Positions 24,641 through 37,761 of a stretch of 64,000 nt of DNA are shown here, one piece after another. Both the position numbers and the translations under genes were made by a program. Under the pieces are notes generated by a model. It did not search any database, was not told the origin of the DNA, and was given only the letters and a program-made list of their open reading frames with translations. Numbering within the stretch: position 1 is the first letter of the stretch; each line of letters begins with the position of its first letter. Source of the stretch: Psammoneis japonica (taxonomy: Eukaryota); NCBI GenBank assembly GCA_008632985.1, contig QPGO01000041.1:186001-250000 (forward strand), read 5' to 3'.

Positions 24641-26029
24641 ACATGGAGACACGCCTGTCAATCCTTTGGATGATCCCGCGTTGGCCAACTCCTGAGGCAA
24701 CAACAATGAAATGACTCATGGTTTGCAAACAAAAGACAAATCAGAGAATGTGAATGTTGACAAACCTTTGGAAGAGGACTCAAGGATGACTGAGCAGAAG
24801 GACACGAATGTGAGAACGGAGGAGACAACGAGTGAGCGTGACCTTGTGAGAGAGGGGCGAATTGAATTGCCACTCCAAGGGCAACGGGGAATTCTGAACA
24901 TGGAACAGACACGTGAAAAGACTAAAAAAATGTAGAGTTCATCATGCTTGAAATTGTGACCTTAGAAGCAGTTTCACTGGGAAACAAGCGAGCATTTGCT
25001 CGGTTGATTTTCATTTTTTATGCGGCGAAGCACGGCAAAATCTAGAAAGATGCTGCTTCATGTTCTCTGCAACTAGAGAGTCAGGCAACACAGTGGACAC
25101 ATTGCTGGAGACGTGAGAGCCTCTACTTTCAACATTGGCTGCCATTGCCATCACAAAGGCTGCCAGAACATTCCAAAAGGTGTGCACTTGTTCGGGTGAT
25201 TTTTACACGGTGAAGTGCGGCAAACGCGACAAAAGTGCCATTTCACGTTCTCTCCAACTACGGAGTCAGGTGACTTGGCAGATATGTTTTTAGATACGTA
25301 AGAGCCTCTGCTGTTGACATTGGCCAGCATTGGCATGATAAAAGCTGCAGCAACATTCCAAAACTGCAAATGAGCAACGGCGGGATTTTCGAAAAATCGA
25401 AGTGTTTTCAGTCGTGATTGCACGGCAAAGCACAGGAAAATGGCGGTCACTTCATCGACATCAATATCGACAAATACAAGGCCAATGAAAAAGTTACCCC
25501 CATGCCATTCTAAGCACCTCTGAACACCCTCTATCGACTAAGGTAACTCTCGTTTCGATCCAAGAAAATTCGTCTCTACGTGATTTATACGGCGTCCCCA
25601 CCCACAGCTGCAGCGCGCGCAGCACTGTACTGTCCCGTACAGTAGAGGAAAATTATGACTCTATGGTCATAGGTTTTGGGAAGTGTTCTTGGTTTCTAAA
25701 TGACTCGTACTATATTGACATATTTGAAAGTTACCATCAAGCAATGGGAGATTTATGATCCTACCAAATCATTATATGTAAATGACGTATGTTTTATATA
25801 TACTATAGTAAGTCAAATTGCGATAGTCAATACCTCAACATATGAATAGGTAGGCCATTTGTCTTGATCCTCATTAAAAAATGTCCAATCCATTCGTGAT
25901 AGAATGGACATTTTCGGTCATTTGCAAAGTCTTTCGAGAGATTGGCGTTTTCTCGCGCCGCCCTTTCATTATTTGCTTTTTTTTCCGTCCTACTCACACT
26001 TGAGAAGAGTTAGGCGAGAGTCAAGAAAG

Positions 26030-29000
26030 ATGAAGCACCTCGTTGACTTGATCTTGGTGCTCCTAGCCGTGATGGCGACCGCTGAAGCGAATGCTTCGGT
26101 GAAAGGAGTGAGACGAGCCCTGTCCGGCAGAAAGGGGGGCGCGGTCAAGAAGGTCAAAGAGTGCAAGGGAAAGAGGTGCTCCTGCGATTTGTCCGGCCTC
26201 CCAGATGATCCTAGCAAACTTGACTCTATTGTAATGGATTTAGGCAATGGAGAAGTTGCTGAATTCACTCAGAGCGGCCCGATCACGCAAGATTCTTTCC
26301 ATGGGGAAGACTGGAATCTGGATTCGATGAATCTTGTTGTTAGGAAGATCCCGACAGATGGCTCTGGTGGAACGTCCAATACTGTGGTTGGTTCCATCAC
26401 TCATGGAGACAAACTCTACAAGATCCAGCCAGATGAGAACGGAAATACGGAGATAATCGAGACTGACTGGGCTGATTATCCAGATGAAGCCGAGCCTGAA
26501 GAGGCTCCTCAAGAAAGTATCGCCGAGAGAATGAGGCGTCTGGAAATCAGTAATACAGTCGAGAGGAGAATCTCTTCTGTTGTCAAGCCAGATTCCCATT
26601 GGGTCAATGTGAATGGGCAGAGAAAACTAGCCAATGATGATGGTGACAATATCGATGTCATGGTGGTATGGTCGCCTGAAGCTGGTAAGCAATCATGATT
26701 CACTATTGTGTCTGCCCTTTTTCTGCGCTGATGCTCATCATTGCGTTGGCGTCTGTGTCATTTCCCAATGTCTCCCCCAATTGCAGAATGTAAACAATCG
26801 AATCTACCCAATAATTGCGATCACACGAATCAAACCACTAACAACATGTTGGCGCATATTGACCTCGCAATTATGGAAACAAATGTGGCTTATAACGAAA
26901 GCGGCGTCAACACCCAGCTCAGGCTCGTTCATGCCTACCTCGTAGATTTCAACGAGAGCGAGGCACTGGACTCGCAGGGCAACTTAAATTTTGGCACAGT
27001 TTTAAACCGTCTTGCGGCACTAAACGACGGCGTAATGGATGACGTTCATTCTGAAAGAACCAAGTACGGCGCGGACGTTGTGGCCATGATTGTTGCCGGT
27101 ACCACTTACTGCGGAATAGCCTATGGCGGACCGTCGATTTCGAGCGCTTTCAGCGTTACAGCCACGGGCTGCGCAACGGGCTACTTCAGTTTTGGACATG
27201 AGATTGGTGAGTTCGATGTTCTCGTTGTGCTGACTGATACCTTTATGATGGTGTGTTGGTGTTAGTACTTAATAAAACTTACACTGTTCCATTTTGATCT
27301 ATTTTGAGCTTTGCAGGACACAACATGGTAAGTCACCCTGTCTTCTTTTCACATCATTTGTAGATAGACGAAACAGCTTCTGAACTTTGAGCGACATGCG
27401 TTTCCGCGATCAAAAAGGGATGTTCACACGACCTGGGAACAGAGGATGTGTGTTCTACCTCGGACTATCACTATGGGTGAGTGATGGTTCTGATTTGCGT
27501 ATGGATTGTCTCCTCTGTGTTCTGACTTCCTAAATATAACTTGTTGTTTTGCACCATCTGCTTCAACATAGATGGAGAGATCCTAATGCTAATTTTCGTA
27601 CCATCTTAGCGTACGGTTGCGTGTCTGGCCAGTGCGACGCGAACGCAGGTGGTGGTTGCACCCGCATACAGCGTTTCTCTACTAACAATACCTCCGTAAG
27701 TTCACAGCGAGCGCAACGATGCCTGTGTATTCGTTGTCTTAACTTACAGTTGTCCCACACTTCTGTGGCGGTGACAGATCACCTTTAATGGAAAGGCTCT
27801 TGGGAGCAAAAAAGCAAACAATGCTCAACAGATCAATGACGTTAAGGGGATTATGGCGGGTTTCTTCCCAGTTGCCACAACAACATACCCACCGACACCA
27901 CCGCCCACACCTTCTCCGCCTTGTATCTTCAACGTTGTTGAAGTGACCATCAACACGGATAACTATCCTGGTGAAACGACCTGGGATGTTAAAGATTCAG
28001 CAGATGAGGTCGTTGCCAGTGGTGGCCCTTACGGACTAGCTGGGACTACTTATGAGGTGTCAATTTGTCTCCCGGGTGGTGATTACACTTTTACAATCTA
28101 TGATTCCTGTAAGGCTTCACAATTGTGTGAGGTATTGTGATTGTTTTCCATTTCACTTCAACTCAGTAAGAAGCTGTTTGCTTTCTTTTGATCTTAGACG
28201 GCGACGGCATTTGTTGTGATTGTAAGTCTTGGCAATGGTCGGAGATGTTGCATGTTTGCATGGTAGTTTCGTTGCAGCTTACGCTTTAAAAATGTTTTGT
28301 TCGTGGTTGATCTCAGATGGATCCGGCAGCTACATTGTCGCTCATGGAGGCAACACTCTAGAGGGGGGCGCTTTCTTAGCGTTGGAGTCCACACCATTCA
28401 CATTGGTTTCTCCTGCGACTGGGGCACCATCGGAATCTTCATCGGAGAATCCTACAGGATCTCCAACCGCGACGCCATCTACAGCTCCGAGTGCGGCGCC
28501 CAGCGGTATGCCAACCACGCCTTGTTCGCATAATGTTGTAGTCACCATCATCCCAGATGACTATGGTTCTGAGACCACCTGGAAGTTGGAAGATTTAGGA
28601 GGAACAGAATTTGCCAGTGGCGGTCCTTACACGGATGGAAACACAGATCCTATTGTGGAGGGAATGTGTCTGGATGATGGTGAATACACATTTACGATCG
28701 CTGATGCTTTTGGTGACGGTGCGTTGCCATGATGGTATTGGTCATGCTTCAGTAGATCCAGCTTCTCACGTTTTAGTCTATTTCAAAACAGGGATTTGTT
28801 GTGGATACGGACTTGGATCATACACGGTTGGTATTGACGGGGTGGCTGTCCCGCTAATCAATTCAACCTTTCAGAGTGATGGTTCAGGTGAGAAAAGCTC
28901 AACAACGCAATCATATTTTTTGTTGCCTATCCTTTTAGTATTTCCTAGCTGGTCCTTTCTCTTGCCTAATCTTCCTCTCTTTTCGCCAGGCAAAACTTTT

Positions 29001-29729
29001 GTTGAGGAAAGAACGTTTACATTAGACGACACTGCTTCATCTGCAGCTCCCAGCTCGTCTCCCAGCGATGTGGCTGCTACTGAGGCACCAACGATATCGC
29101 CGTCTATATTTCCGAGTGCAGCTCCCAGCGACGTGGCTACTACTGAGGCACCAACGATAGCGCCGTCTATAGTTCCGAGTGCAGCTCCCAGCGATGTGGC
29201 TGCTACTGAGGCACCAACCATTGCGCCGTCCACAGTTCCGAGTGCAGCTCCCAGTGACGTGGCTACTACTGATGCACCAACCTTTGCGCCGTCTATAGTT
29301 CCGAGTGTATCTCCCAGTGATGTGCCAACTACCGAGGCTCCAACCATTGCGCCGTCCAGAGTTCCGAGTGCAGCTCCCAGTGACGTGGCTACTACTGAGG
29401 CACCAACCATTGCGCCGTCTACAGTTCCGAGTGCAGCCCCCACCAATGTACCTTCTACCGATGCGCCTACCATTGCGCCCACCAATGCGCCATCTACATT
29501 TCCGAGTGCTGCTCCCAGCCCCCCGTCAGCCGTCTCGACACCGACGACTGCATCTCCCACGGGCTCTCCGACTACTTGTGGTAACGATCTTGATTGGATA
29601 TTTATCAAAAACAATGGAAGTAGAAAGACTTGCTTCTGGGTTGCAAGCAAACCAGGCAGACGTTGCACGAAAATTGGCGAAGATGGGACCGTAGCCAGTG
29701 TTGCATGTTGTGCTGCGTGCCGTGATTAG
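26030..29729 (+). CDS. Secreted reprolysin/M12B-like zinc metallopeptidase with two beta-sandwich repeats (DxYxxETTW), a Pro/Thr/Ser-rich stalk and a Cys-rich C-terminal domain; multi-exon
   Basis: Signal peptide [36 protein letters not shown]; spliced HEIGHNMGCSHD; GDGICC motifs; many GT-AG introns. Confidence 0.9.
29065..29520 (+). repeat. Coding 60-bp tandem repeat (SDVATTEAPTIAPSxVPSAAP), about 7 units
   Basis: Seen directly in the DNA and the translation. Confidence 0.9.
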
Positions 29730-30348
29730 GCAATGGTTTAGAAAGAATCTGAACGTGCTGGCAGATTTGGTCTGTCCACGGATGCAGTGCCCGTTAGATA
29801 ATTTGTGCAGACTTCTTTTTGGTGATTGACAAGCAGAAGAAACGCAAGGTCTGCAGAAAACAATTGCACGCAGTGAAGCACTTTTCTCTTTTGCAAACAC
29901 ACCAATGCAGCATGAAACGTAATGTGATGTGGGTGCATGTCGAAATTTCCGGTGGCAACTTGTCCCTGCCACAGTTGTTCAAAAGTCACACTCTAGCTAA
30001 AGCAACCGGTACACTCTAGGAATAGTATATAGCCGGCAACTACTCTAGCTACTCTAGATGTTGCGGTCAAGCTCGTGTCACAAGCAGTTGAAGGTGCCGG
30101 TGACCGCACAGCCCACAGCTTTAGGTGACTCTGCTGTCTAGTACGGTAGAATAGAGAGGGTACAGAAATAGTTTCGCTAATCTAATAGAAAGCACCTGTC
30201 GCCGTCGCGCGTGATCTAACGACGCGAGAAACTTATGATGCATTCAACGCGGACAGTACGGTAGCAAATGACAATCGACGCTACTTCGCGATCGTACCAG
30301 TCTATTTGCCATACGGTCTGAGCCTGTGGTCTATTGAGCTACAACATT

Positions 30349-31968
30349 ATGAACGACACAGTCGAGTCAACTCTGCCCTTGCCATCGGAAGAAGTTATAT
30401 TTCAAGACACATCGACGGATTGTGCAATTTGTCTCGAGGCTCTTGACGACTCTTCTTCACGAGTTTTGACTCTGACTTGTGGACACAAGTGGCATTACGA
30501 TTGTATTGTGCAGCAACTTGAAACGGCTCAACCGTCAAGACAGCAACGTTTATTGTTTACAGGGTGCCAATGTGCAAAGTGTGGATCTGTTTGCAATCAC
30601 CCTGATCTTGATCATTTAACGCGAACTACCGATTCACTACGAGAACGAGTCGACAAATTACTCAACGAACAACTTGCCCTTGACGCTCCCATGCAGTGGC
30701 ATCAAGCCCGCAACAACAAAGACAAGCGCAAGGCGTTATTAGATTATGCCAGACGAAAATACGCTTTTTATTTGTGCAGTCATTGTCGTGAACCCTATTT
30801 TGGAGGAACGGTTGAATGTGCAGATCTCGAACAAGACGGAGAAGAAGAACGATTGTGTGTGGCGTGTTCACCTCAATCACAAGCAACTTGTCGAAATCCA
30901 CTCGAACACCGGCAACATTTGGTATGGAAATGTCGGTATTGCTGCCGTCCTTCAACGCATCTATGCTATGGCAATGTACACTTTTGTGATGCATGTCACG
31001 AGCAAAACAGTCAACGCGTAAGGCAACTCCAAACCACGAGGCGATTATCCAAGAGAAGTAGCATCCAACCACCCCCACTTTTGGAGCCCACTCCTTGTCC
31101 TGGAATCGACTGTCCATATCCAAAACCTGAGGGTACCTCGATTCATTCCAATGGGCCCACTTCAAAGTCGGAACAGGTATACGGCTGTGCCTGGTGTCAA
31201 TCGATAACAACAAGGGACGAACCGGCTGTCGCGCCCGGATCTATCAACTTGCTCTACAATCCAAGTGGTCAATTTCAATTGCAAGGATGGCAACAATTGA
31301 ATCCTCGAATGTCGTGGACAGTCGAAACCTCTGATGTTCCCGTCAATGCCGCCACTCCATCCAACTTTGTCTCGTCCTTTCTACCCTGTGTCATGCAGCA
31401 AGTGTTAGACTTGACTACCATCATGACGACGACAACGACCATGTCCACGAATCATCAGTCACTGGAAGTATCAGCGCGATACATGGGCCGGACAGATTGC
31501 CCCTCTGTGTTTGGTCTCAAGGCCGTCTTGATGGATGCGCAACGCCGTCCCTTGTCACATTTTGCGACACCCGTCTTGGAGGCACCTCCCGACTATTGGG
31601 ACAGGGCCGAATTGATTGTACCACTAGACAATATTAATGCAAAGTACCTGACGGTCATTGTCATGGGCAAGGATTCACGATTTTGGCAAGGACGGTTTGG
31701 ATCCAAAGTCACGAATGTGTCCGTGCGACTCTTGGGATCACCGAATCAAATTGATGCTCTTTTGCGTCCGGCCTATCGATTGCAAGCGACAAACAATAAT
31801 GTTGGTGACGACAACACAGTACGTCGGCATCATTTAGGTCACCACCACCACCGACAAGTCAGAGTTATACCGCCACAGCAACAACAGCGCAATCTAGCAT
31901 TCCTGATTTGCGATGGGCTCTTGCCCGTTGTTTTCTTTCTTGTATTGGCATGGCTGTTCCAAAGCTGA
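30349..31968 (+). CDS. RING plus MYCBP2-like tandem-cysteine domain plus FBA (F-box-associated) domain and C-terminal TM helix
   Basis: CAIC..CGHKWHYDC RING; YAFYLCSHCREPYFGG..C and KCRYCC..LCYG..HFCDACH as in the MYCBP2 C-terminus; NLLYNPSG..GW and GKDSRFWQGRFG as in FBA; hydrophobic tail. Confidence 0.88.
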   Translation: MNDTVESTLPLPSEEVIFQDTSTDCAICLEALDDSSSRVLTLTCGHKWHYDCIVQQLETAQPSRQQRLLFTGCQCAKCGSVCNHPDLDHLTRTTDSLRERVDKLLNEQLALDAPMQWHQARNNKDKRKALLDYARRKYAFYLCSHCREPYFGGTVECADLEQDGEEERLCVACSPQSQATCRNPLEHRQHLVWKCRYCCRPSTHLCYGNVHFCDACHEQNSQRVRQLQTTRRLSKRSSIQPPPLLEPTPCPGIDCPYPKPEGTSIHSNGPTSKSEQVYGCAWCQSITTRDEPAVAPGSINLLYNPSGQFQLQGWQQLNPRMSWTVETSDVPVNAATPSNFVSSFLPCVMQQVLDLTTIMTTTTTMSTNHQSLEVSARYMGRTDCPSVFGLKAVLMDAQRRPLSHFATPVLEAPPDYWDRAELIVPLDNINAKYLTVIVMGKDSRFWQGRFGSKVTNVSVRLLGSPNQIDALLRPAYRLQATNNNVGDDNTVRRHHLGHHHHRQVRVIPPQQQQRNLAFLICDGLLPVVFFLVLAWLFQS

Positions 31969-33422
31969 CCTTTTTGGGTTGTCACCTGGCAGTGGCTACG
32001 TATAGGCATGGCGTGGTGAATATTGGGAATAGATACGGAACCGTCAAACTGGATGAATGACCCGGAGACTTGACATCTAGTAGGTTAGATGATTTCGTAC
32101 TTGCGTCCCACAAGAAAAGCCCACATGGTGAGTGTGATTCACGTTTCCACGCTTCGCGCTTTGGGGGGAAGCAACAAGGGGAACATCGGGTTAACATGGG
32201 TTAACATTCATGCCGACGTTGACGTCTCGACTCGGCCCGGCTGCTTGTTCATTCTCAACAAAATTATGGCCAGTGCGACAAGATTGACGCTCTCTTAGCA
32301 TCCGGCCCGAAAACCAAATGAAGAGATGTGTTCTCTGCGGCCTTGATTCCCCGTCGATGACAAGCATGCATTCTTTGAGTAACGATGGTGCTGTCAATTT
32401 CTACATCGCGTGTGTGGTCTTGGCAGATAAAAAGATGACGATGCAAGGCACTTGTCCCACCCCATTGTGGAATTGACAATTGCCCCGTTCCCCAGAGAAT
32501 GGATGGGCGGGAAACCAGGCCAATGCTACTTCAACGTTGGCACAAACGATGTCTGGCTTGCTCGAGCGCCACTCCCGTCCAAAGCTACAGTGTGTAGTTG
32601 TTCCCTTGGAGACTCGACAGTTCTAGCTGCTAAAATCTAGCCAGAGGTAACACCACCCAAACCACGGACTTGAATGTGTCTCGCTGGCCTGCCCAGAGCA
32701 CCGTGTGCAGGTTGCAAAACCACATAAGTTGTAAGAGCATAACTGTCACACACTGCCTGTGCTCTCCCCCCCTTTACTGCCCCTCCTTTTTGTGACCCCT
32801 TTTGCACTTCCCGACACAGCTGCCCCTGTGGCCACGACCCCTGACCCCTCAAATGCCCTTCGCTCTTCTTCAACACCCCCTGTCAGGCTCTGTGGTCCAC
32901 CAAGAATCATGGGCAACCCTGCCACCAGCCAGCCCCAGATTGGCTGCAAACAACCACCCCTTCACCTCCTTTTGCTGGTGCAGCCATGCCAATGCCTCCT
33001 GCAACTGGGCTCTGGTTGCCACCTGTGTCACCATGCTGGGTTGAAAGCCAGCAGTTTTTCCTTGGCAGGAGCCTCTGACCACACACCTGCCAGGCTCTCT
33101 TTGCTGGCTGTGTCTTTGACATTGACAACTTCTTTTTTCTTGATGATCTGGGCCCATTTGACCATCCTTCAGACAACCCTCCCAGTGCCCCCCTTGTCAT
33201 TTTTCTGCCCTGGAAATGACCCATTTCCTGCCTCCTCCCTTCTTTCCTTTGAAAGCTTTCTCCTGCCTGTGCAGCTGCCTTGAAAACTCCTTTGGTGCCA
33301 TCAAGGTTGCCATGGTTGACCCACACTTTGCTGCCTCTCTCTTCTGCATGACCCTGCTGCCCTCTCTTTCCATTCCACCTGGCTCTCTCCCAACTTTGGC
33401 AGCTGCTTTGATGCCTCCACAT

Positions 33423-33423
<1 letters not shown>

Positions 33424-33477
<54 letters not shown>

Positions 33478-33507
33478 ACACACACACCACACACACACAC
33501 ACACACA
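33424..33507. repeat. (CA)n microsatellite with two interruptions
   Basis: Seen directly. Confidence 0.97.
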
Positions 33508-33508
33508 A

Positions 33509-36500
33509 ATGAAGCTTTCACCTCATGTTTCCAATGCCAAGTCTTCTCCCAAGCAGGAGAAAATTGTTCCGGTGCCTTTGGAGTCAATCTCTGAGCCGCC
33601 CAAAGACCCTGAAACCAAGCCAACATCTCAAGATGAAGCAGTGTTTTCACCCAGGCAAGAAGAACAGCCACGCTCACACCATCAATGTCAAGTGTTGCAA
33701 GAAGCAAGGTGACCCCAAGTGCCTCAAATTCCTGAAGAGCCACAAGCAACTCTTGGTGGGCCAGAATGTCAAGAAGCAAGCAGACAAGTTCCATCTCATG
33801 CGCACGTTGTTTCAAGGAGACATGCCACATGCGTCCAAGAATGGCGCTGTGAATGTTGAAGATGAGGCAGCCAAAGGAGCCTTCAAAAATGCCAGCAGCA
33901 CCTTGCAAGACATGTTTTCCCAAAGAGTGCACTTCAGATTCAGAGGCATTGTCTGCGGTGCAATCTCAAGAAACCAGAGAGCATGAAGATCCAAGAAATT
34001 GCTGCTTGGGTCCAAGAAGTGAACAAAGACCTCAAGTTTTGTCCTCCCTTTAAAGAAGACCAGAGTGTTGAGGAGGATGAGCTCAAGGATGTCCTTGACA
34101 ATCTTGCACCTTGCAAATGGCAGCACCAATCAACCGCTTGAGGTTTTGAAATTTTGAAACACACCTTTGACAAGTTGGTCAAGTTTTTTGAGCATTTGGA
34201 GGTGTTGCTGAGGATGTGTTTGACTCTGTCCATGTCAAGGCTGATGCCAGCAACAAGTCTGGATCAAAAGCCAAGGACGGATCCAACCATGGTTCCAAAA
34301 ATGGTTGCCAATCTGGTGCCAAATGATCTGAGTCTGAAAAGTGGTGCAGTTGTTGCAAAAAACCACTCGTGATGTGGGCACATGCTGGGTCTTTAAGAGA
34401 CTGGCAAAAGAATGCTGTGGAAACTGCGAGTGTGATCCAAAACAGTGCCGCTCAAATGGCAACTGCACGTGGTTGTGCTGCGATGACAGGGTGCCACTCA
34501 CAAAAAAGAGTTGAACGCCATGGCCATTCAGGCAGTTCAAAAAACACTCAAGACAAGTTCTTTGAACAAAGATGCAAAATGCAAGAGAAAGGAGCATGGC
34601 TCTTGTGCCCTCAGCGAGTCATTCCCAAGAATTGCTGTGCATCATTTTTTCAGAATGGGGGCAATCCACACTGGTCCAGCTGTTGTTGCTCACATGAATG
34701 CCTCTTTGGGCAAAGCAAAAAATGACCTCAACCATGATTTTGCACAAGTTCATGCAAAAAGTGAGAACAGAAAAATCTGCCACAAAAGTTTGGAAAACCA
34801 AAGGAGGGCTCTTCATGAATGACAGTCAGAGTAAAATCACAGCTCTCCTTGCCTGAATTTGATGAACATGAGATGATGGAAACAATGGCACATGCCTTGG
34901 GAGAAATGCGAGTGCTGCAGACTGTCCATGGGAATCTGTAGAGTGCCAGATGTGTTCTAAGAGCACATGAGTGAGCTCTTGGCAGGGCCAGAGTTTGTCA
35001 GAACTTGTGCTGACAATGTGCTGCACTGCATCTTGAAAAAGGTGATTTTCAAGACCAACGGTGTTCATGCACCTTGAACAGCTGGATTGAAGGTCAATGC
35101 TGAAAAGTCCTTTTTTGCTGAGTCCAAAGCAGACAATCCAGGCTTTTGCATCACTTGCAATGGCATCAGTCTGACACCCAAGAAAGTGGAGGCAATTTGC
35201 ACAATCACAACTCTCAAAACTTGCAAGGAATTGCAGTGCTTTGTCAACATGACCAACCACTGTCGAGACATGTGGCCTTGACAATCTCACTTTCTGGCTC
35301 CTTTGGAAAAGCTCACCTCATCCAAGGTGAAGTGGCAATGGACCAAAGCTGAACAAAAAGCCTTTGAAAACATGAAGCGCATCATTTCAAAAGACACACA
35401 TTGTTGTCACACCCAAATTTCAAAGAACCCTTTGAGACATGTGCTGATGGGAGCAATTCTCAATCTGGGTGGTCATTGTGCTGATCAACCAACCCATTGC
35501 TTTCTGCAGCAGCAAGCCGAATGGAGCACAGAAGTGTCACACTGCAATGAAAAAACAACTGCTGTCTTTCATGGAAACACTGAAAGAGTTCCGACATGTG
35601 CTGATTGGCCAACAAACAAGTGTGTGCACGAATCAAAAAAAAACTCACACACAAAAATTTCACAATGGACAGAGTCATGCATTGGTGTCCAACAACAGAA
35701 GAGTGCAGCCCCAAAACAATTCACCTCAAGGGCAAAGCTGACATTGTTGCAGATGCAGTCAGCTGACTCATTGTGAGAAAAATGGCGCCCATGGAAAATC
35801 TCAGCACAGAAGAATCAGCTGAAACGGCCCCACCAAAATCCCGCAACAATGTCTTTCCATTGACACGCAAAGTTTTTGATGCCAAACAGAAGTGGGACAA
35901 AGACATTCTGTCCAAATTGTCAAATGAGACATGACACACAAAGACTTTTTGTGGAGGTGAGTGAGACCAGTTGCTCACATGACACAAGGACAAAATCATT
36001 GTGCCAAAGACATTGCAAAAGGCAGTGACAGACTGGTGCCATGCACATCTTCTGCACACTGGCATGAATGGAACAGAAGAAGACAATTTCACAACACCCA
36101 TGGTGGTCCACCTTGCATGAAAACATGAGGAAATGTGTGGTGAAATGTGAGACGTGCAAAAATTAAAAAAGAAATGGAAGAAACATGGACAATTGCCCCC
36201 CAAGTTTGCAGAGTTGGTGCCATGGGAATGACTGTGTGTGGATCTCATTGGGCCACACAAGATGGTCACAAAGGAAAGAAGAAACCCCCAGCCTAAAATG
36301 TTTGACGATGGTTGATCCAGCAACTGGATGGTTTGAAGTCGTGGTGATCCCTGATGAGGAATCCACAACTGAAGCTGGGCCATTGGCAAGAACATGGCAA
36401 AGCGATGTTCTTGGCCATTGTCAACTGCATGTGACCATGGAAGTGAGTCCATTGGCCGCCAATTCAAAGACATGGTTCAAGATGATGATGGCACCAAAGT

Positions 36501-37761
36501 CAAGCCCATGACTGCACAAAATCCACAGGCAAGTGCAGTTGTTGAATGCATGCATCAAGCACCAGGCAACATGCTGTGTGCATTTGACCTGCAAAATGCA
36601 CCCCTGGATGCAGACAATCCATTCTCTGGCATGCCATCAGCAGCAGCTTTTGCTGTGCATTCTGGGCACCCAAAGACTTTTTGTGGAGAGGTGAGCAAGA
36701 CCAGTTGCTCATGTGTGTCACAAGGACAAAATCATTGCACAAAAGACACTGCAAAAGGCAGCTGCAGATTGGTGCCATGTGTGCCTTCTTCACCCTGGCA
36801 CAAATGGAGCAGAAGACACATCAATCTCACAACACCAATGGTGGTCCACCTTGTGTGAAGACATGCAAAAGCGAGTGTCAAAATGTGAGGCATGCCAAAA
36901 ATTCAAAAAGAAACAGAAAAATGTGGACTTTTGCCCCCTGCATGTGCAGAAGCAGTGCCATGGGAAATGACTGTGTGTGGATCTCATTGGACCATGCAAG
37001 ATCAGTGACAAGGGAAAGAAAAAACCCCTGCTGGTCCTCAAATGCTTGAAAATGATTGACCCAGCAACCGGATGGTTTGAAGTTGTGGAAACTCCAATCC
37101 ACAACTGCGGCTGGACTGTTGGAGAGGACGTGGCCAAGCAGATGTCCTTGGCCATCGTCAATTGCATGTGACCATGGAAGTGAACCCATCAGACACCAAT
37201 TCAAGGACATGGACCAAGGCATTAAAATCAAGCCCACAACTGCACAAAATCCGCAGGCAAGCACAGTCATTGAGTGCATGCATCAAGCGCCAGGCAATGC
37301 GCTGCACACATTTGACCCACAAAACACACCCACGGACACAGATGATCCATTCTTGAGCACACTGTGAGCAGAGGCTTTTGCCTTTTGCTGCATGTTCTGC
37401 ACACCACGCTGCTGTGCAAGCTGCGCCAGGACAATTGGTCTTCAACAGAGACATGATTTTCAATGTCCAACACATTGCTGGTTAAAACTTTGTCCAGAAA
37501 CAAAAACAAGAAATCACAAACAAAAACAATGCCCGAGAAAATGATTGATGCACTCCGTGCACATGCAGAGCTGGGGAAAAGTTGCCGCTCAAGAAACACT
37601 CCCAAAAAATTGCAACAGCCCCATTCTGGGCCACACGTGACAACAATGGCACATGCCAATGGCGTGGCACAGATCAAAAGCGGTGATGTCATTGATGCTG
37701 TCAATGTCCATCGTGTGACACCAGTTGACAAATGACTGCAATGTGCATTCAGGGAGGTGAG
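33509..37761 (+). mobile_element. Highly degenerate Ty3/Gypsy retrotransposon internal region; LTR limits not resolved
   Basis: RT relic (CRLSMGI...EFVRTCADN, i.e. RLPMG...YxDD) at about 34895-35020, RNase H relic PIAFCS, integrase CVDLIGP / LTMVDPATGWFE / NPQASAVVE, PPT-like CAGGGAGGTGAG at about 37750. Order RT-RH-IN. Confidence 0.88.
35938..37400 (+). repeat. About 730-bp tandem duplication of the Gypsy integrase region
   Basis: CAAAGACTTTTTGTGGAG starts both units (about 35938 and 36671); colinear integrase motifs occur twice. Confidence 0.9.

Noticed and set aside
29065..29520. Regular repeats here and at 48600-48900 and 55780-55870 as CRISPR-like arrays
   Set aside because: They are in-frame coding tandem repeats with no unique spacers and no cas genes; the antisense ORFs are shadows.
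32744..33420. 5' LTR of the Gypsy relic
   Set aside because: It starts with TG where paralog homology ends, but I could not align it to the sequence after the PPT at 37762.
33424..33507. (CA)n tract as a converted (TA)n tract, or as a poly-CV/HT protein
   Set aside because: Two-strand conversion would give mixed CA and TG; a pure CA run is an ordinary microsatellite.
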